This document shows positions 28,520 through 37,987 of a stretch of DNA of 64,000 nt, piece by piece. The DNA comes from a virus. Its lineage: Duplodnaviria; Heunggongvirae; Uroviricota; Caudoviricetes. The notes under the pieces are model-generated. The model did not search any database, was not told the DNA's origin, and worked only from the letters and a program-made list of their open reading frames with translations. Both the position numbers and the translations under genes were made by a program. The stretch's first letter is position 1. Each line of letters starts with the position of its first letter. The stretch is from IMG/VR virus record IMGVR_UViG_3300021963_000042, positions 1 through 64,000 of that record; one strand, 5' to 3'.

Positions 28520-30232
28520 TTACACTATGACGGAGAAGTCGTTGCGCTTCTCGAATTTGATGACTGACCTAAACTTATCAAACAGCTGGTCGCCTTTGTG
28601 ACTGATAACAAAAATGTTCGACTTATCTCCAAACTGATTCATCAGGTTTAGGAAGTAGTCTGTTCCTGCAGTGTCAAGTGACGAATCAAAAATTTCATCA
28701 AGCAACAACAGGTTGGTGTTTACTGAGTTCTTCATCTTAGCAATTTGTCGCCAAGTAAACAGGATAGACAAGTCGATACGCATCTTCTCACCTTCAGAGA
28801 AACTTGCGTAAGTGAAGTCATCACGATAACGTGATTTTACAATCTCATTGAAAGACTCATCTAACTCAAAGTGAATGTAAGCATCCATTGCTTGAAGATA
28901 TTTGTTAATCAACTTATTCATAACAGGCAGGTATTCACGAATGATTGCTGTCTTGATACCTGTATCCTTTAACAATAAACTGGCAACTTCTTCTAGCTGG
29001 CGCTGGTTTAATAAAGAGTTCTTAATCTTGATGTTCTCCATTGCTTCTTGAGCAAGTTCTTTCAGTTTAGTCTTCTCTTCATCGATGTTAGTTGTGTCAG
29101 ATTCAACGCTTTGGGTTTCAGCTTCAAGACCTTTCGTCTGTTTGTTGAGTAAGGTGATTGTACTGTTTCTTGTAGATAACTCAATGTTCTTGTCGGTAAT
29201 TTGCTCAACCACTTCGTTAATGCGAGTGAGTTTTTCATTAAGCGATGTGAGTATAGATTCGAGTTCACCAATCTTTGTGTTGTTGTCCAACATTTTCTCA
29301 TTAAGATCTTTGATAATGTTCTCTTTGTATTGCTCAGCGATATCTTGGTTACAGCTTGGACATACATCATGTTCGCTAAAAAACTCTGTGTGGTGTTCAC
29401 AAGTTTCAACTTTCTGGAGTAACTTGGATTTGAGAGACTTGGCTTTCTCGATATCTCCAGTAATAGTGTCTTTATCTTTGATGCTTGTTTTAAGTGCGTT
29501 GATCTCCGAAACGATTTGCTCAATCTCGCTCTCTGTCTGTAAAATCTCAGCATTGTTAGCAGCGATCTTTGCTTGAATGCTTTCGATAGCTGTGGCTTTC
29601 GCTTCAGTAATTGTCTTGATGATGGCTTGCTGAGACTCAACCTTATCTTTTGCGCTCTTGATTTCATTCTCTGTTCTGATAATGGCATCTTTAGTCTCCT
29701 GCGCTTTCTCTTTTAAAATTTGGTTCATCGTAGAGAAAATCTTGATATCAAGAATGTCCTCAATAACTTCTCTACGCTGTCCAGGTGGTAACTGCATAAA
29801 AGGAACGAACGATGCTGAACCAAGAATAACAACTTGCGTGAATGTCTTGTAGTTCAGACGTAGGATTTGTTGCTCAAGAACCTTCTGATAGTCTCTTGAT
29901 GCGGCATCCTGATTCATCAGTTCACCATCGCACCAAATCTCAAAGATGTTTGGTTTGATACCACGGATAATCTTGTAAGACTTTCTTCCAATATCAAACT
30001 CGATGGTGACTAGACATTTCTTTCCATTGATGCTGTTAATCAACTGGTTCTTATTGATGTTACGGAAAGGTTTACCGAACAGCGAAAAGCAGAGTGCATC
30101 AAGGATCGTGGACTTACCCTCACCATTCTTACCGATGATAAGAGTAGTGGGAGACTTGTCTAGTAAAACTTTATTTGCTGAGTTGCCTGTGGACAGAAAG
30201 TTAGCCCACTCTATACTTTTGAAAACAATCAT
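28520..30232 (-). CDS. 46: recombination nuclease subunit gp46 (Rad50/SbcC-like)
   Basis: 570 aa. GKNGEGKSTILDA, long coiled coils, CPSC zinc hook, LLLDEIFD. Confidence 0.8.
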   Translation of the reverse strand: MIVFKSIEWANFLSTGNSANKVLLDKSPTTLIIGKNGEGKSTILDALCFSLFGKPFRNINKNQLINSINGKKCLVTIEFDIGRKSYKIIRGIKPNIFEIWCDGELMNQDAASRDYQKVLEQQILRLNYKTFTQVVILGSASFVPFMQLPPGQRREVIEDILDIKIFSTMNQILKEKAQETKDAIIRTENEIKSAKDKVESQQAIIKTITEAKATAIESIQAKIAANNAEILQTESEIEQIVSEINALKTSIKDKDTITGDIEKAKSLKSKLLQKVETCEHHTEFFSEHDVCPSCNQDIAEQYKENIIKDLNEKMLDNNTKIGELESILTSLNEKLTRINEVVEQITDKNIELSTRNSTITLLNKQTKGLEAETQSVESDTTNIDEEKTKLKELAQEAMENIKIKNSLLNQRQLEEVASLLLKDTGIKTAIIREYLPVMNKLINKYLQAMDAYIHFELDESFNEIVKSRYRDDFTYASFSEGEKMRIDLSILFTWRQIAKMKNSVNTNLLLLDEIFDSSLDTAGTDYFLNLMNQFGDKSNIFVISHKGDQLFDKFRSVIKFEKRNDFSVIV

Positions 30233-30543
30233 TCACTCTTCCATTTCATACCTAATGTTTTGTAGATAAACTTCTTAACAAAATTAGGTTTCTTTTTAGA
30301 CACAATAGTAATTGGGGTTTGGTCAACATTAATAGTAAAAGATGGGTTACCCAAGTTGTTGGAAAGAGTAACTGTTCCACCATTAAATGCCCACAATGCC
30401 TGCCCTGCTGATATAGTGACAGAGTTCTTCATGTATTCTTCTTGTCGCTTCTTAGAATATTCTTCACATGGTGTAAAATCTAAGTCAAGTTGAATCTGTT
30501 CAGTCAGCGGAAAGAAATACTGAATCTCAAGTTGTTGCATCAT
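30229..30543 (-). CDS. hypothetical protein
   Basis: 104-aa ORF between genes 46 and 47. Confidence 0.3.
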   Translation of the reverse strand: MMQQLEIQYFFPLTEQIQLDLDFTPCEEYSKKRQEEYMKNSVTISAGQALWAFNGGTVTLSNNLGNPSFTINVDQTPITIVSKKKPNFVKKFIYKTLGMKWKSE

Positions 30544-31595
30544 ACTACCTCTATATTTACTGCCTCAGTGTAAAGAGACTTCATAAATGTTTTGATGTTA
30601 TCTTTGTTAACATCAGTCTGAACAGAATCAATATAATTGGAAAGAACATTCAAAGTATCTTCGAGGTTGATCTCTTCACCAACTTCACCATCTTCAAATT
30701 CAGACATATCTTCCACGATTTTTATTTCGTGCGAACCTTTATTATACAACTTCTGAATAAATTTGTCAAACTTATAATAATCAGTTTTGTTGACTACTAC
30801 TAACTTGACATATTTGTCTTTGAGGTCTAGAGAGTCGAGTTCGATCGGCTCGGAATCTTTATCGTTATATTCGATTCTCGCAAACATTGTATAAGGATTT
30901 GGTACGAATTGAAGTCGTCTTTCTCCTGTGTCAAACAGATGGAATCCCCTCGTATCGTTGAAATCTTGCCAAGTAAGTTCGTAGGGATTGCCGAGGTAAT
31001 AAATGTGACCATCATCACTGCGGTGGTGATAGTGCCCACTAAAAACGAGATCAAACTTACTAAAAGTGTCTTTGCTGAAACCTTCATGACTTTCCATTCC
31101 TCTATACATTGAGAAGCCAGCGATTTCAAAATGCCCCATACAAATTTCAGCTTTGGTGTCTGTGATAGTATCAAGTGAGTCTTGATAGTTCTCTGGACAA
31201 ATCCAAGGCATCATACAGATGGGAGTGTCATCAACATAGATTGTGGCTGGGTGATCAATCACGTTGATGTTGTTGTACTCACGCAGAAGTAAATCTGGTG
31301 AGTTAACATCGTTGGTGTTCTTGTAGTAAGTATCGTGGTTACCTGCCAACATGTGAACAGTGATACCACGATTAGCTAACTTATCAAAGAACATTTCCTT
31401 AGCACGTTGTAAGGAATAGAAGTTCACATACTTACGCCTATCGAAAGTATCACCGAGAATAAGCACAGTAGTGATGTTGTTTTCATCGAGCGTAGGAAAG
31501 AACGTGTTATCATAGAATTTCTGATAGAAGTCTAAGAATGCCACGCTGTCATTACGTGCGCCAAAATGCTGGTCGGTTATGATTGCTACTTTCAA
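30540..31595 (-). CDS. 47: recombination nuclease subunit gp47 (Mre11/SbcD-like)
   Basis: 351 aa. DQHFG, GDTFD and GNHD phosphoesterase motifs. The track start codon is TTG. Confidence 0.85.
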   Translation of the reverse strand: MKVAIITDQHFGARNDSVAFLDFYQKFYDNTFFPTLDENNITTVLILGDTFDRRKYVNFYSLQRAKEMFFDKLANRGITVHMLAGNHDTYYKNTNDVNSPDLLLREYNNINVIDHPATIYVDDTPICMMPWICPENYQDSLDTITDTKAEICMGHFEIAGFSMYRGMESHEGFSKDTFSKFDLVFSGHYHHRSDDGHIYYLGNPYELTWQDFNDTRGFHLFDTGERRLQFVPNPYTMFARIEYNDKDSEPIELDSLDLKDKYVKLVVVNKTDYYKFDKFIQKLYNKGSHEIKIVEDMSEFEDGEVGEEINLEDTLNVLSNYIDSVQTDVNKDNIKTFMKSLYTEAVNIEVV

Positions 31596-31715
31596 TATCT
31601 ATCTCCAATATTGTAACAGTTTCGTTATGTTCTCTAATAAAGTCTGTAACTTTATCTATGTCTTCAAAGTCTAAGTCAGAAACTTGTCCGTCTAGAAATG
31701 TGACACGAACGGCTA

Positions 31716-32942
31716 TCATACAAAACCCATTTTCCTAGAAGTAGGTTTCGTATTTGTCTGAGTGTTAAAGATTTCAGCGATAGAAAATTCAACAACATTT
31801 CCTGCTTGAACATTTGGCACTTCAGCACCATCAAGTTTATCAGCCAGTTTCTGGGCATCAAACAATGACAGTGGTTTGAATTCAATGATATCAAAACAAC
31901 GACCTGGACGAATCAAAGCAGAGTCGATATCACGAATGCTTGGAAGGTTGGTAGAGAAGATCATCTTCTTACCTTTGGTAGTCACAAGACCATCACCTAC
32001 GTTTAGGAATCGGTGCATCATTGTGTTACCATCACTGCGAGACTTCAAGAAAGCATCGCTATCTTCCAGAACCATCACGCTGGCATCATCTTCAATAAAG
32101 CGAGCGAAGAAGCCATCTTTATCAAGAATGTTTGCATCGTATGAAACGATTGCGGATGAATTGGTGTGTGCAAGCAGACCACGAATGAAAGTGGTCTTAC
32201 CAGTTCCAGGAGGTCCAATCAACAACAGAATGTTTGCTGAAGATTCCATGTATCGTTCGTAGTAAGACTCAAGAGTCTCGCCTTTGAGAAACGGATACAT
32301 CTCTGCGATAGGTAGACGATCACGATTCAAAGGTACGTTGACAGAACCACCATCGCTGGAATAAACCCACTCGATGTAAGAGGTTACGATTGAAAACTTC
32401 TCTTCAACTTTGTTGATGATGGATTCAGTGAATTGAATATCTCCGAATGCACGAACTGTGGTGGAGTTGCTGTTTACATCATATTTGATGTAGTTGTTGG
32501 TTTCTTTTTGGATCATGAAACCATTTGACGAGTTACCTTGCGTGAACAGGTATTCATCATTATTGAATGATTCTTCAGCCCATGCTGCCCAGCGTTCTCT
32601 GTTGCAGAGAACAGTGGTCTCACGATGAACAGTAGTTAGTCCAGCCTCAACACGTTTCTGTAAAATTGCTGAGATGATCAAATCATCAAAGTCTGAAACG
32701 CCAAGGAAAATATTGTTGTCAGTTTGTTCGTTCATAATCTTGTTCAATTGAAATTTATTATCTGTTGCATCCCACGCAAACTTTTTAATGGTTCTGTTGG
32801 ATCTACGTCTTGCTCGAATTGCTCTAGAGGATCTTACTACTCTCGATGCTCTTACTGGGCGATAAGTTCCATTAGCTAAACTAGTCAGAAGACTGTGGAT
32901 CGATTGGTGGTTGCTCATGTATATCGCTTTCAATAAAATCAT
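31716..32942 (-). CDS. AAA+ ATPase (classical AAA family)
   Basis: LLIGPPGTGKTT, MVLEDSD and RPGRCFD. The start is uncertain because the Arg-rich N-terminus overlaps gene 55. Confidence 0.5.
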   Translation of the reverse strand: MILLKAIYMSNHQSIHSLLTSLANGTYRPVRASRVVRSSRAIRARRRSNRTIKKFAWDATDNKFQLNKIMNEQTDNNIFLGVSDFDDLIISAILQKRVEAGLTTVHRETTVLCNRERWAAWAEESFNNDEYLFTQGNSSNGFMIQKETNNYIKYDVNSNSTTVRAFGDIQFTESIINKVEEKFSIVTSYIEWVYSSDGGSVNVPLNRDRLPIAEMYPFLKGETLESYYERYMESSANILLLIGPPGTGKTTFIRGLLAHTNSSAIVSYDANILDKDGFFARFIEDDASVMVLEDSDAFLKSRSDGNTMMHRFLNVGDGLVTTKGKKMIFSTNLPSIRDIDSALIRPGRCFDIIEFKPLSLFDAQKLADKLDGAEVPNVQAGNVVEFSIAEIFNTQTNTKPTSRKMGFV

Positions 32943-33453
32943 CTAGAGTTTGTTGCTCTTTCTTTTTCTTCTTTTCTTTTTTCTTATCAATGAAAGAAGT
33001 ATCGAAAGTGCTATTCGCTTGCATGAAGTCCATGTAGGCATTTTTAAAATGACCATCGTCATCTTGATCCTGCAAGTCAAACATATCAAAGGGCATATCT
33101 TGAATTAGCTTGTTCTTGATATACGAGTGTTTCTTTTCTTTGCCAATTCTTCGAAGGAATGCGAAGTAAATAATTTGTGTGAAATATGCAAAGGGATTCT
33201 TGGATTTGTCTGGATCGAAATTGTCAAAGTAATTAATGCAATTTTCAATACCGTCGAGAATCATATCATCACGATATGAGTAGTTGATGAAGTTAGGTTT
33301 GTAAGAAAGGTGTGTTGCAATTTTAAGAATGCACTCGCCAAGGTATCTGGGGATAACAGGTTTTTCTCGACCCTCCTCCGCAGCCTTCTTACAGTCAGCT
33401 TTATATTCAATAATAGCTGCTAAAAAATCTTTGTTGTTTACGTACTCTGCCAC
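32881..33453 (-). CDS. 55: late sigma factor gp55
   Basis: 190 aa. YVNNKDFLAAIIEYK and NPFAYFTQIIYFAFLRRI align to T4 gp55. Confidence 0.8.
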   Translation of the reverse strand: MAEYVNNKDFLAAIIEYKADCKKAAEEGREKPVIPRYLGECILKIATHLSYKPNFINYSYRDDMILDGIENCINYFDNFDPDKSKNPFAYFTQIIYFAFLRRIGKEKKHSYIKNKLIQDMPFDMFDLQDQDDDGHFKNAYMDFMQANSTFDTSFIDKKKEKKKKKEQQTLDDFIESDIHEQPPIDPQSSD

Positions 33454-33490
33454 ATTTGAACCCTTTATAGTTGTTTTTCACACTGTAATA

Positions 33491-33519
33491 ATTCTACCGC
33501 AAACAGGGTTAATAGTAAA
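33491..33519 (-). promoter_or_regulatory. candidate sigma70-like promoter upstream of gene 55
   Basis: TTTACT, 17-nt spacer, TAGAAT on the minus strand. Confidence 0.3.
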
Positions 33520-33602
33520 GTTTATTTGTGCAATAAAAATATATTTGAAATTTATTTTGAAAACAGGTATACTAACAGTGTTAGGGTTGATCGAAAAAGA
33601 GT

Positions 33603-34118
33603 TTAATGACTTGTATCGTTTCCTTGGATAAAGTAACGGTAGTTTGCTTCTTCCTCTTCCTTCTCTTCCTTGGTCTTTAGACCTGCAATTGCTTCCAACA
33701 TGGCGATACGTTTCTTTATCTCATCGTCGGAGAGTTGCTCAATTTCTTCTAACGTCTCATCATCCCAATTCAGTTCCTCTGTACGAGAGACATTTCCCTC
33801 GGAGTCTTTACGCACCAAAACTTGGTTCTCGGCTTCATTGACCAAATGCATATAATGTGGGATTAGTATGTGGTGCAACTTCTTAATGAAAATAATGTTC
33901 TGTTTGAAGATTGTTAGACTGGAGTCTGCTGCAAATTTGCAGTATGGTGTTGCAGTTACATGCTCATGACTAGATTGTTCATTTATGATTGGGAACAGTC
34001 TCAACAACATTGGATAGTTGATGATAACGCTATCTTGCGTTTCGTGCTCTAATACAGCCATAACTTGTTCACCAGTAATAAGTTTCACAATAACATAATG
34101 TTCGTTGCCTGTTAGCAC
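33603..34118 (-). CDS. hypothetical protein with acidic C-terminus
   Basis: 171-aa ORF. Confidence 0.3.
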   Translation of the reverse strand: MLTGNEHYVIVKLITGEQVMAVLEHETQDSVIINYPMLLRLFPIINEQSSHEHVTATPYCKFAADSSLTIFKQNIIFIKKLHHILIPHYMHLVNEAENQVLVRKDSEGNVSRTEELNWDDETLEEIEQLSDDEIKKRIAMLEAIAGLKTKEEKEEEEANYRYFIQGNDTSH

Positions 34119-35581
34119 AGTTCTACCTCTACAAGTTTAATATCAAATTGCTCTTCTGCGTAAGTCTTATATCTTTCTGCAGCATGATTTAGTGTATGAT
34201 TCTTCCAAGACTTCCAATGTAAGTCATCAGCAAGATCATAAAGATTGCACTCACTCTTACCGTTCTTCAAACGAAGACCTCTACCTATGCTTTGTAGATT
34301 ACGGATTTTACTTTTCGATGGCGACGCAAAAATAACATTCTCAATCGAAGGTATATTAATACCAGTGGAAAAAGTCCCATACGATGCAATAATGATAGCA
34401 TCCGACTCTCCCTCTGTGATATGCCTAATTGCCTCACGATCGCTGGTCTCAGTTCCCCCATAGACGAAAAATACTTTTCTCGTGTCGTGCGCTTTTTGTT
34501 GAATAAGGTCATACAACACCTTTCCATGTTTTTCAACATATTGGAAAAGAACAAGGGTATTACCAGTAGACTTGATTGCTAAGTTGCGGATAAACTTGTT
34601 TCTCTCTGGGCAACTGACGATCCAATCCATTTCTTCCTGATAAGTGTTGTTCTTTCTTGTTTTACGAGTTTCTTCTTTATACTTTAGAACCACACACGTG
34701 ATATTTAGTTTAGCCAGCTTCTGATTATCCATCAACGCTTTAGTCGTGGTAACTCTATGAACTGGACCGAACATACCCTCAAGAACTAACTTATGAACTT
34801 TCTTATTATCAAGAGTTCCTGTAGTTCCGATGCGATAACGGATGTTATCCATTCTTTCCATAACAGTGGTCAAAGACTTCGCTTTAAATTGGTGAGCCTC
34901 GTCACCGAAGATAACATTGAATTGTTTAAACCAAGCCTTAGGTTGTAAGTAAACAGATTGCCATGTTGTAATCAAAACATTTTTAGTGAAGTCTTTGGTG
35001 AAACCACTATACAGTTTCTGGCAATTATCTTTTACGCTCCAACCATTTACGCTTGAGTAGTCTTCGAAGTCAGAGTATAATTGCTCAACGAGAGAAGTAG
35101 TAGGTACGATGATAATACACTTGCGCTGAGCCATAACATGCCAGCGAAGGACAGAATAGATGATGAACGATTTACCAGATGCGGTAGGTGAAAGAAGCAG
35201 AGTTCTTTCTTTGTCGAGAGCAGTTGTTATTGCTTCTATTTGATAATCACGAATCTCGATCTTCTCTGGAAGATCTAACGCTTTAACGTAAGTCTCTACG
35301 GACTCAGCGCCTATTTGTGTTTTTCTTATTGGGATGTTATTAGTGACTGGATAATTATTTCGTTGACAGAATTCTTCAACGTAACCAGCTAACCCAAGAT
35401 ATAATGTCTTTCTTACTTGATCATACAGGCGAACCTTACCATCCCACAATCTCGCTCTATACTGTGGTGTAAACCTAGCGCCTGGATATTCATATGTGAA
35501 GAAGTCAGATAGTTCTTGTTCGATACTTGGATCGGAGAAAACTCTAACATATACTTCATCAAGTTTTTCAATAGTTACCAT
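34112..35581 (-). CDS. uvsW: UvsW SF2 DNA helicase
   Basis: N-terminus aligns to T4 UvsW (VRVFSD...ELSDFFTYEYPGARF...WDGKVRLYD). SPTASGKS and GDEAH motifs. Start set at the Met overlapping the uvsY stop. Confidence 0.8.
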   Translation of the reverse strand: MVTIEKLDEVYVRVFSDPSIEQELSDFFTYEYPGARFTPQYRARLWDGKVRLYDQVRKTLYLGLAGYVEEFCQRNNYPVTNNIPIRKTQIGAESVETYVKALDLPEKIEIRDYQIEAITTALDKERTLLLSPTASGKSFIIYSVLRWHVMAQRKCIIIVPTTSLVEQLYSDFEDYSSVNGWSVKDNCQKLYSGFTKDFTKNVLITTWQSVYLQPKAWFKQFNVIFGDEAHQFKAKSLTTVMERMDNIRYRIGTTGTLDNKKVHKLVLEGMFGPVHRVTTTKALMDNQKLAKLNITCVVLKYKEETRKTRKNNTYQEEMDWIVSCPERNKFIRNLAIKSTGNTLVLFQYVEKHGKVLYDLIQQKAHDTRKVFFVYGGTETSDREAIRHITEGESDAIIIASYGTFSTGINIPSIENVIFASPSKSKIRNLQSIGRGLRLKNGKSECNLYDLADDLHWKSWKNHTLNHAAERYKTYAEEQFDIKLVEVELC

Positions 35582-36030
35582 TACATTCCTGCTAAAAACC
35601 TCTTCCATTCTACAGCAGTCTTGATTTGCCAATCACGTGCTTTGATCTGTTGTAGTACAGACTCGAGAAAATAAATCATGGTTTCAAGATATTCAATCTT
35701 CACCTTCATTGTATTTAGATCGTTGTCGCCAGTGAGAAATTCATCCATCTCATTCTTCAATGGCTTTACGCCTTGCCACTGTGGCCATCCAAGATCAGTC
35801 AACTCATCACGTGATAGTTCTCCACGATAGTAGCGAAATTTATTCTTACGTAGGATGTTATAATCTGAACTCAACTTAGTGTGTTTGAGTTTCACGTTGA
35901 CCAGATGTCTAACGTATTTGGCGTGGAGTTTGGGGGTTGCTGTAGAATTCTCACCAAGATAGTTATCGTCTATCTCGCAATCGGTGTCCCACAGAGTTTG
36001 TAGTTCTTCAAGTGTCATAATATACCTCAA
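35581..36030 (-). CDS. uvsY: UvsY recombination mediator
   Basis: 149 aa. LEELQ N-terminus and ARDWQIKTAVEWKRFLAG C-terminus match T4 UvsY. Confidence 0.65.
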   Translation of the reverse strand: MRYIMTLEELQTLWDTDCEIDDNYLGENSTATPKLHAKYVRHLVNVKLKHTKLSSDYNILRKNKFRYYRGELSRDELTDLGWPQWQGVKPLKNEMDEFLTGDNDLNTMKVKIEYLETMIYFLESVLQQIKARDWQIKTAVEWKRFLAGM

Positions 36031-36073
36031 GTTATCGTAGCTACATTATACTACGATTTTACAATATTGTCAA

Positions 36074-36631
36074 TTAAGATTGTGCGAACGTATAATAACC
36101 GTAACGGAATGTTGCATTGCCAACGAGATACTGCACGTCTTGATTAGTTGACATGAATGACAAAGAGTCAATACTTACAGGAAATAAATCGTGGAATGTG
36201 ATTGTTTGCACTTGCAAATTATTTGCGCCTAAGATAACCAAACTTGCGTCAGAGTAGTTCTTTGCAAGTTCTCCAAGATTAGCATATTGATTGCTGTCAA
36301 TAAAATTGACATACTGCTGATAACCCTCAGGGAATCCTAATGCAATAAGCCAGTTGTAGATGGCTTTATAGTTGGTCATATTTTCGTCAACCAAGAATTG
36401 CACTTGCAGAGTATCATACGTCAACGTATCGCCAGGAAGTGGCGCTACGTTAAATGGGTTTCCAAATTCTGGAGCACCCAAAGTGATTCCTGGAAGATTA
36501 ACTGTTTGACAGAAGAATTCTATCTCAGGAAGTTTATATACGCTGAACATGAACCCATTAGGCGACAGTGGGCTAATGTTACTTGGGATTGGGCAGGAAA
36601 TAGTATTGTTCATATTAGTATTTATAAACAA
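36074..36631 (-). CDS. hypothetical (possible structural) protein
   Basis: 185 aa downstream of gp23. The start is ambiguous because a late promoter lies at its 5' end. Confidence 0.3.
   Translation of the reverse strand: MFINTNMNNTISCPIPSNISPLSPNGFMFSVYKLPEIEFFCQTVNLPGITLGAPEFGNPFNVAPLPGDTLTYDTLQVQFLVDENMTNYKAIYNWLIALGFPEGYQQYVNFIDSNQYANLGELAKNYSDASLVILGANNLQVQTITFHDLFPVSIDSLSFMSTNQDVQYLVGNATFRYGYYTFAQS
36619..36626 (-). promoter_or_regulatory. T4-type late promoter TATAAATA
   Basis: Exact TATAAATA on the minus strand immediately after the gp23 terminator. Confidence 0.4.
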
Positions 36632-36657
36632 AAAAAGGGAGCCGAAGCTCCCTTTTT
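36630..36657 (-). terminator. intrinsic terminator after gene 23 (bidirectional hairpin)
   Basis: AAAAAAA-GGGAGC-CGAA-GCTCCC-TTTTT, giving U-tracts on both strands. Confidence 0.6.
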
Positions 36658-36694
36658 AAACACCTATCTTGTTGTAGGTTTGATACCTGATGGA

Positions 36695-37969
36695 TTACAT
36701 CAAGTTCTGAACTTTAACTTTACGGTAGTAAATGTTAGTGCCAGAAGTCAAGCTAGTGAATGGGTTTGCAACCATACCGTAGCGAGTCTTGAAACCAATC
36801 TTTGGTTGGAAAGTGTTTGGATCAATTGCTTGAACCTTTTGTAGTGGAACGTATGGGCAGTAGAACAAGCCAGCATCGAACGCAGAAGTACCCTTGTAAC
36901 CAACAACGAAGAACTGGTCAGCAGATTGGTTAGCAGAATATGGATCGATATAAACTTTGTACTTGCCGTTCAATACACCAGCGAAAGTAGTAGATGCTTC
37001 ATCGATGTTCAATGCGCTGTTGCCTTGGATTGCTGGAGCGTAGTCAAGTACGCCAGCCATTGCCAATGCAGAAGCAACGTCAGAAGAACAGATGATGAAG
37101 TTACCACGACCACGACGTGTAGTCTGGGCGATAGCGTTTGCTTCACGTTCGATTTGGAACATCAAGCCTTTGAATTTCTCAACAGACCAACGACCATTAG
37201 AGTCAACGTCCAAGTCGAAAGCACCAGCAGTAGCAGTACCAACTTCGGCACCAACCTTAGCAGAAGTGTATACAGTACGTACAACTTCACGGTTAATTTC
37301 AGCAGTGATTTCCATAGAAAGGATGTTGCTCAATTCGCCTTCAGCAGACAAGCCATGAACAGCTTGCAAGTCTTGAGCCAATTCAACAGTGTATTCTGCT
37401 TTCAAAGCACGAGTTTGTGCAGTAACAGAAGTCTTCTCGATAGAGAAAGCCATTTGACCGAAAGCATTAGCGCCACCTAGATCTTCAGCGTTAGCTGTAG
37501 TGATGCCACCACCAGTAGTATAAGTACCAGTTACTGGGTTAGAACCAGCGTGAGTGCCAGAACCAGAGAAGTCAGTATCTGCTTCGTTGAACAACGCTTC
37601 AGCGCCATTCTGAGTAGCGTAGCGAGACTTCATTGCGAAGATCAAGCCAGTTGGTTGAGTCATTGGCTGAACACCAGCGATATCATAAGCGATAAGCTGA
37701 GGAGCTGCACGACGAACCAAAGCGATAAGAACTGGATCGTAGCCAGCCATTTGGGCGTTAGTACCAGCACCACCCATAGAAACGCCAGTGCCACCGAAGT
37801 TAGCTGGTACAGTTTCGAATAGAGCTTGTTGCTGTTTAGCCATCTCACGTTCTTGGTTTTCCAAAAGAACAGCAGTAACTTCTTTACGATACTGGTCTTT
37901 GATTGGAGCAGCAGATTCAGCGTTTAGAACTGGTGCCCATTTTTCGATAAGTTGTTGACGTGTAGTCAT
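36695..37969 (-). CDS. 23: major capsid protein gp23
   Basis: 424 aa. ELAQDLQAVHGL, FAGVLNGKYKVYIDPY, FVVGYKG and FQPKIGFKTRYG align to T4 gp23. Confidence 0.9.
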   Translation of the reverse strand: MTTRQQLIEKWAPVLNAESAAPIKDQYRKEVTAVLLENQEREMAKQQQALFETVPANFGGTGVSMGGAGTNAQMAGYDPVLIALVRRAAPQLIAYDIAGVQPMTQPTGLIFAMKSRYATQNGAEALFNEADTDFSGSGTHAGSNPVTGTYTTGGGITTANAEDLGGANAFGQMAFSIEKTSVTAQTRALKAEYTVELAQDLQAVHGLSAEGELSNILSMEITAEINREVVRTVYTSAKVGAEVGTATAGAFDLDVDSNGRWSVEKFKGLMFQIEREANAIAQTTRRGRGNFIICSSDVASALAMAGVLDYAPAIQGNSALNIDEASTTFAGVLNGKYKVYIDPYSANQSADQFFVVGYKGTSAFDAGLFYCPYVPLQKVQAIDPNTFQPKIGFKTRYGMVANPFTSLTSGTNIYYRKVKVQNLM

Positions 37970-37987
37970 TTTATTTCCTTTGTTAGA

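Noticed and set aside
29062-29688. 208-aa minus-strand ORF in an alternate frame of gene 46
   Set aside because: It is nested in the Rad50-like coiled-coil region. Basic Lys/Arg/Ser-rich translation is typical of a frame artefact.
31602-31715. 38-aa ORF between the AAA gene and gene 47
   Set aside because: It is too short, unsupported by an RBS, and terminated by an in-frame TAG just before the gene 47 TTG start.
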